From the NCBI GenBank assembly GCA_036506755.1, contig DASXRF010000189.1, positions 1-36,455 of the forward strand: a stretch of 36,455 nt of DNA, given 5' to 3'. The stretch is from Solirubrobacteraceae bacterium. Its GTDB lineage: Bacteria > Actinomycetota > Thermoleophilia > Solirubrobacterales > Solirubrobacteraceae. This document shows positions 32,525-36,455 of this stretch, piece after piece. How positions within the stretch are numbered: position 1 is the stretch's first letter; every line of letters starts with the position of its first letter. The translations under genes and the position numbers were made by a program. The notes beneath the pieces were generated by a model. It worked only from the letters and a program-made list of their open reading frames with translations, made no database searches and had not been told where the DNA came from.

Positions 32525-33400
32525 GGCAACGGCCGGCTGGTGGTGTCGGGGACGCTGGATCTGCGCGCGACCGGGGAGTCGTACTTCGGCAACTACCGCT
32601 ATGGCTGGTGGGATCCCGATCATTCGGCGGTGCGTGTCGCGCCGGGTGGGCGGATCACGCGCAGCGTCGATGGCGTGGTGCGCTCCGACGTGCCCTTCGA
32701 GGTCGACGGCGAGCTGGCGCCCGACGCGGGCGAGATCAGGCTGTCGGCGGGGTTGACCGGGACGTCGACGGGGACGTTCGGTGCCGCGGGCCTGGCGACG
32801 ATCGCGGGTGGCTCGGGCGCGGGGACGATCGGCGACGGCGCGACGATCGCGGGGCGGTTGAAGGTGGCCGACGGGCGCACGCAGCTTGCGGGCACGGTCA
32901 CGGGGACGGGCGCGGGGCAGCTCGAGGTCGCCGGGGGCGTGCTGACCGGCGCGGGCGACGTGGACCTCGCGGGCGAGCTGGTGCTGACCGGCGGCGAGTT
33001 CAGCGGGTCGGGCACCGCGAAGGCGGTGACGCTGACGCTGCACGACTTCCCGTTCATCTTCGATCGCACCGTCGAGGTGACGGGGACGGGGGCCTGGACG
33101 GGCGAGAGCTCGGTGCCGACGATCAAGGGCAACGGCCGGCTGGTGGTGTCGGGGACGCTGGATCTGCGCGCGACGGGGGAGTCGTACTTCGGCAGCTACC
33201 GCTACGGCTGGTGGGACGCCGACCGCTCCTCGATCCGCGTCGCGCCGGGCGGCGCGATCACCCGGACGGTCCCCAACAGCGTGCGCTCCGACGTCCCGTT
33301 CGACGTCGACGGCGAGCTGAGCCCGTCGGCGGATGCGACGGTGTCCCTGCGCGCCGGCGGCAGCGACGACTGGACGGGGCGCCTGGCCGGAGCGGGCACC
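31316..33400 (+). repeat. Coding tandem array of ~600-606-nt (~200-aa) modules (three full copies plus a partial one)
   Basis: Module boundaries lie at about 31316, 31922, 32522 and 33125. The conserved block is ...FEVDG.LAP..GE.RL.AGL...G.L.V.GG.LTG.G..DL.G.L.L.GG...G.G. Confidence 0.8.
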
Positions 33401-34960
33401 GTGGTGCTCGACGGCGGCACCTTCCGCTGGGGCGCCGGCATGCGCGTCGCCGGGCACACCGTCATGCGGTCGTCGGTGAGCCTGGAGGGCCGCACCGACG
33501 TCGAGCCCGGCGGCGTGCTGCGCCAGGAGGGGTGGACCCTCGACGGCGCGGGCGGCCTGTACGTCGCCGGGCGGCTCGACCTCGCGGCCGGCACGCACGG
33601 CGGGACGGGCCTCACGCGCATCGAGCCCGACGGCGAGCTCGACCTCGGCAACGTGACGATCGACCGCCGGACGATCCACAACCGCGGGACGGCGACCTTC
33701 GCGGGGTCGGGGCCGGCCGTCGTGATCCTCGGCCGCGACGCGCGCTTCGAGAACGTCGGCCGGCTCACGCTGAGCAACACCAGCGACTCGCCGGGGTGGA
33801 GCCAGCAGCCGCAGGGCGTCCTGCGGCCGCTCGTGCGCAACCAGGGGCGCATCGACGTCGCGCTGCCGCCGGCGCACCGGATGTGGTTCACGGTCCCGTT
33901 CGAGAACGACGGCGAGCTGCGCCTGCGCGGCGGCACGCTCGACACGGCCTCGGGCGGCTTCCAGCAGACGCCCGACGGCGTCCTGGACACCGAGCTGCGC
34001 CAGGCCGAGCAGGGCGACCAGGCCGGCGCCATCGCGATCAACCCGTGGACGGCGCGCCTCGCGGGCACGCTGCGCCTGAGCGTGCCGTCCGGCGAGACGG
34101 TCACGCCGGGCCAGAGCTGGCGCGTCGTCCAGGCGTGGTCCATGCCGGGCACGTTCAGCCGCGTCGAGGGCGCCGACGCCGTCGACGGGATCGCCTTCAC
34201 CACGCAGGCCGACTCCAGGGGACTGCTGGTCAGCGCCGACGCGGCGGCGGTCGCCGCGCAGGCCGATCTCACCGTCGAGCTGCTCTCGGCGCAGCCGGGG
34301 GCGCGCGGCACGCAGACCCACCGCTTCGCCGTGCGCAACGCCGGCGACGGAGCGGCCCCCGACGCCCGGCTCGCCGACGCCCTGCCCGACGACCTCGAGC
34401 TCGTCTCGGCGTCGACCGGCTCCGGCCCGTGCTCGACCGAGCCCGGCGGCGCGGACTGCCGGCTCGGCACCCTCGCGCCGGACGGCGAGGCGGTCGTGGA
34501 GGTGGTCACGCGGACGCGCGACGCCGATCCGGGGCAGCAGGACGTGCGCGTCACGAGCGCCGCGCACGACGCGAACCTCAACGACAACGCGCTCCGCGCG
34601 GCACCCGTCGCGGCCGCTGCCGCCGATGCGCCGGCGGACGCGCGCGCGCCCGACACCGCCGCCCCGGCGGCCGCCGCGCCGCGCAACGAGCGGCCCGTCG
34701 TCCGCGCGCGCGTCCTGCGGGTCCGCCCCGGCGCGCTGCTCGTGCTGGATCGCCGGCACGGCCTGCTGCGCGGCGCGCGCGACCTGCGCCTCCAGGTCGT
34801 CCGCCGCTCGCCCGGCGCCGCACGCGCCACCGTGCGCTCCGACGGGCGCCTGCGGCTTCGCGCCCCGCGCCGCCGCACGACGCTCTGGCTCGACGTCGTC
34901 GCCGTGGACCCCGAGGGCGACCGCGCGCACCCGTCGCGCGTGCGGATCGTCGTTCGCTAA
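32540..34960 (+). CDS. In-frame continuation of the same repeat protein downstream of TAG 32522-32524 (more ~200-aa modules, a DUF11-like domain, a basic C-terminal tail). It is either the 3' half of a nonsense-disrupted gene or a read-through product.
   Basis: It is in the same frame as 30797..32524, with no signal peptide and no SD before GTG 32540. The sequence from 32525 (GNGRLVVSGTLDLRATGESYFG) repeats the module boundary seen at 33128. C-terminal DUF11-like segment: DLTVELLSAQPGARGTQTHRFAVRNAGDGAAPDARLADALPDDLELVS. Confidence 0.6.
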   Translation: MVSGTLDLRATGESYFGNYRYGWWDPDHSAVRVAPGGRITRSVDGVVRSDVPFEVDGELAPDAGEIRLSAGLTGTSTGTFGAAGLATIAGGSGAGTIGDGATIAGRLKVADGRTQLAGTVTGTGAGQLEVAGGVLTGAGDVDLAGELVLTGGEFSGSGTAKAVTLTLHDFPFIFDRTVEVTGTGAWTGESSVPTIKGNGRLVVSGTLDLRATGESYFGSYRYGWWDADRSSIRVAPGGAITRTVPNSVRSDVPFDVDGELSPSADATVSLRAGGSDDWTGRLAGAGTVVLDGGTFRWGAGMRVAGHTVMRSSVSLEGRTDVEPGGVLRQEGWTLDGAGGLYVAGRLDLAAGTHGGTGLTRIEPDGELDLGNVTIDRRTIHNRGTATFAGSGPAVVILGRDARFENVGRLTLSNTSDSPGWSQQPQGVLRPLVRNQGRIDVALPPAHRMWFTVPFENDGELRLRGGTLDTASGGFQQTPDGVLDTELRQAEQGDQAGAIAINPWTARLAGTLRLSVPSGETVTPGQSWRVVQAWSMPGTFSRVEGADAVDGIAFTTQADSRGLLVSADAAAVAAQADLTVELLSAQPGARGTQTHRFAVRNAGDGAAPDARLADALPDDLELVSASTGSGPCSTEPGGADCRLGTLAPDGEAVVEVVTRTRDADPGQQDVRVTSAAHDANLNDNALRAAPVAAAAADAPADARAPDTAAPAAAAPRNERPVVRARVLRVRPGALLVLDRRHGLLRGARDLRLQVVRRSPGAARATVRSDGRLRLRAPRRRTTLWLDVVAVDPEGDRAHPSRVRIVVR

Positions 34961-34964
34961 CGGG

Positions 34965-35180
34965 TCAGCTCGAGCAGCACGCGCACGCGTCGCCCCGCCA
35001 CGCCTCCCGGCCCTCGCGGATCGCGACGCCCGCGATGACGAGCGCGGTGGACGGGTCGGCCCACCACCACCCGAGCAGGGCGTTGGCGAGCAGGCCGGTG
35101 GGCAGCGCCGCCGACAGGTAGGCGCACAGCGGGTTCTGGCGCCCCTCGCTCCGGGTGGCCGGCGCGGCCGGGCTCAGCCC
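34965..35180 (-). pseudogene. 3'-terminal remnant (~71 codons) of a cation-transporter-like membrane protein gene; no start codon and no upstream part
   Basis: It reads GRQNPLCAYLSAALPTGLLANALLGWWWADPSTALVIAGVAIREGREAWRGDACACCSS*. This matches the last TM helix and tail (GWWWADP...EG.EAWRG..C) that I recall from ~200-aa actinobacterial cation transporter proteins. The sequence upstream is Arg/Pro-rich and overlaps another ORF. Confidence 0.45.
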
Positions 35181-35350
35181 GGCTTGCGGCGGGTGTCCTC
35201 GGGGCGAGCGTGCGGGTCCGGCTTGGCGTGGTGACCGTGCAGCTCGACCTCGGGCGCCAAGCGCTCGCGAGCGGCGGTCAGCTGCGCGTTCAGCGCCCTC
35301 AAACGGCGCCGGATGTCCTCCATCTCCTGCTCGAGAGATGCGCGCTTCAC
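35174..35350 (-). CDS. Small coiled-coil-like hypothetical protein (58 aa), below the ORF-track cutoff
   Basis: GTG 35350 is preceded by GGAGGGA. Sequence: (M)KRASLEQEMEDIRRRLRALNAQLTAARERLAPEVELHGHHAKPDPHARPEDTRRKPG*. Third-position G/C is high. Confidence 0.5.
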   Translation of the reverse strand: MKRASLEQEMEDIRRRLRALNAQLTAARERLAPEVELHGHHAKPDPHARPEDTRRKPG

Positions 35351-35472
35351 GGGTCCCTCCGGTTCTGCGCCTCCCGGTTGAACGGAGTTTGCACAAGTCG
35401 GCTTGGGGCGTCAAAGCTGTGCATCTGCGCGCCGCGGCCGGCGAGGGGCCGCCGCGTGCCGAACGCGTGGGC

Positions 35473-36150
35473 GTGCGACGCGTCGCGCTCATCGCCCTGG
35501 CCGCCCTCGCCGCCTGCGCCCCCGCGGCCGGCGCCGCGGGCCTGCACCTCGGCGATCGCCCGCTGCGACCGGGCGATCGCGGCCATGACGTGCGCGTCTT
35601 GCAGGCCTTTCTCCAGGCGCGGGGCCTGCCGGCGACCGTCGACGGCGACTTCGGCCCGGCCACCGCGGCGGCGGTTCGCGCCTTTCAGCGCTCGGCGGGG
35701 CTGCCGGCGAGCGGCGTCGTCGGCCCGCTGACCGTGGCCGCGCTGCGCACCGCGGCGCCGGTCGCCGCGCCGCCCAATCCGCCGCCCGGTGCCCCGCCCG
35801 CCGTGCTTGCGGTGATCGCCGCGGCCACCCGCATCGCGTCGACGCCCTACGTGTGGGGCGGCGGCCACCAGCGCTGGGAGGACCGCGGCTACGACTGCTC
35901 GGGCTCGGTGTCCTACGCGCTGCACGGCGCCGGGATGCTCGACGCGGCGCTGGACTCCTCGGGCCTGGCCGCGTGGGGCGAGCCGGGCCCCGGCCGCTGG
36001 ATCACGATCTACGCCAACCGCCGGCACGCCTTCATGGTGGTCGGCGCGATGCGCTTCGACACCTCGGGCGCCAGGGCCGCCGGCACGCGCTGGCAGGCCA
36101 CCGCGCGCGCCACGACCGGCTTCACGGCCCGCCATCCCGCGGGGCTCTAG
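35473..36150 (+). CDS. Secreted cell-wall hydrolase: peptidoglycan-binding domain + NlpC/P60-like (C40) domain
   Basis: Signal peptide (M)RRVALIALAALAACAPAAGA. PG_binding_1-like GHDVRVLQAFLQARGLPATVDGDFGPATAAAVRAFQRSAGLPASGVVG. Catalytic region YVWGGGHQRWEDRGYDCSGSVSYAL ... HAFMVV. The start could also be GTG 35467 or 35419. Confidence 0.8.
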   Translation: MRRVALIALAALAACAPAAGAAGLHLGDRPLRPGDRGHDVRVLQAFLQARGLPATVDGDFGPATAAAVRAFQRSAGLPASGVVGPLTVAALRTAAPVAAPPNPPPGAPPAVLAVIAAATRIASTPYVWGGGHQRWEDRGYDCSGSVSYALHGAGMLDAALDSSGLAAWGEPGPGRWITIYANRRHAFMVVGAMRFDTSGARAAGTRWQATARATTGFTARHPAGL

Positions 36151-36176
36151 TCGCGTCCACGTCACGTCGACAAAAA

Positions 36177-36216
36177 TCAACATATTGTTGACAGACGGCT
36201 GCTCGGCCGATAGCGT
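36177..36216 (+). promoter_or_regulatory. Consensus-like promoter (-35 TTGACA 36188-36193, 17-nt spacer, -10 TAGCGT 36211-36216) overlapped by the AT-rich perfect palindrome TCAACATATTGTTGA (36177-36191)
   Basis: All elements were read directly. This is the only AT-rich patch in the region, 44 nt upstream of the WS/DGAT ATG, which has an AGGAG SD. Confidence 0.5.
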
Positions 36217-36259
36217 CCCGCGCGCCGGTCACCCCCGAGAACGCAGCGCAGGAGCAGTC

Positions 36260-36455
36260 ATGGATCGAATGAGCCCGTTGGACGCGTCCTTCCTCCACAT
36301 CGAGGAGGGCGACAACCACATGCACATCGGGTCGGTGACGATCTTCGAGGGCCCGCCACCGCCCCAGGACCGGGTCGCCGAGCGGGTCGAGCGACGCCTG
36401 GACCGGGTGCCCCGTTACCGCCAGCGAGTCGAGCATGTGCCCCTGACGCTGGGCC
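36260..36455 (+). CDS. Wax ester synthase / diacylglycerol acyltransferase (WS/DGAT) family protein, 5' part only (runs off the window)
   Basis: MDRMSPLDASFLHIEEGDNHMHIGSVTIFEGPPPPQDRVAERVERRLDRVPRYRQRV matches the typical WS/DGAT N-terminus. Confidence 0.8.
   Translation, partial: MDRMSPLDASFLHIEEGDNHMHIGSVTIFEGPPPPQDRVAERVERRLDRVPRYRQRVEHVPLTLG

Noticed and set aside
32540-32542. GTG 32540 as an independent translation start for a separate second gene after the TAG.
   Set aside because: There is no SD-like sequence upstream and the product would have no signal peptide. The codons between the TAG and this GTG (GNGRL) continue the repeat module seamlessly, so it is better explained as an interrupted single gene. 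It is kept as a feature only because annotation pipelines would call it.
22300-35180. The Excalibur-HNH / RHS / beta-helix block as a defined mobile genomic island.
   Set aside because: I recognised no integrase, transposase, tRNA target or flanking direct repeats. Codon bias of the RHS and beta-helix genes looks native. Only the transporter remnant at the right edge hints at a rearrangement, so I make no mobile-element call.
35351-35472. A cyclic-di-AMP (ydaO-type) riboswitch, which often precedes actinobacterial cell-wall hydrolase genes, upstream of the NlpC/P60 gene.
   Set aside because: The leader is only about 120 nt. It lacks the conserved blocks I remember for that motif (GGGGACCCA, GGGGUGAAUC, CAGCUAACCUCGUAAGCG), with only a vague GGGGCGUCAA.

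Overview
This is a 36.5-kb, very GC-rich, gene-dense segment with strong G/C preference at third codon positions. My taxon guess is Actinomycetota, possibly Thermoleophilia-like, and that is inference only. Contents from left to right:
- recC (3' part, with an apparent frameshift), recB and recD, joined by overlapping stop/start codons.
- A minus-strand operon of four to five overlapping genes of unknown function: a small conserved protein lacking a canonical start, a SpoT-type HD hydrolase, a TPR protein, a member of a conserved uncharacterised family, and a low-confidence small ORF.
- A 1363-aa secreted surface protein with a beta-helix domain and tandem Ig-like repeats.
- A minus-strand module of ECF-like sigma factor, XRE-HTH protein, micro-ORF and ImmA/IrrE metalloprotease.
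- A lower-GC Cys-rich secreted protein, a YhaM-like OB+HD nuclease and a CX5R phosphatase.
- An amino-sugar cluster (sugar-binding lipoprotein, SIS-type enzyme, nagA, GntR/HutC regulator) with two DasR/NagR-type palindromes.
- A secreted Excalibur-HNH nuclease, then a 2329-aa teneurin-like RHS/YD polymorphic toxin with an unusual glycine-rich C-terminal domain.
- In the slot where an immunity gene would be expected, a translationally coupled ~1387-codon beta-helical repeat protein. One in-frame TAG interrupts it exactly at a repeat boundary.
- A cation-transporter gene remnant, a small coiled-coil ORF, a PG-binding NlpC/P60 hydrolase, and the 5' end of a WS/DGAT acyltransferase behind a consensus-like promoter with an AT-rich palindrome.
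I recognised no rRNA, tRNA, CRISPR array, transposase or integrase. All homology statements come from motif recognition by eye, not from database searches.
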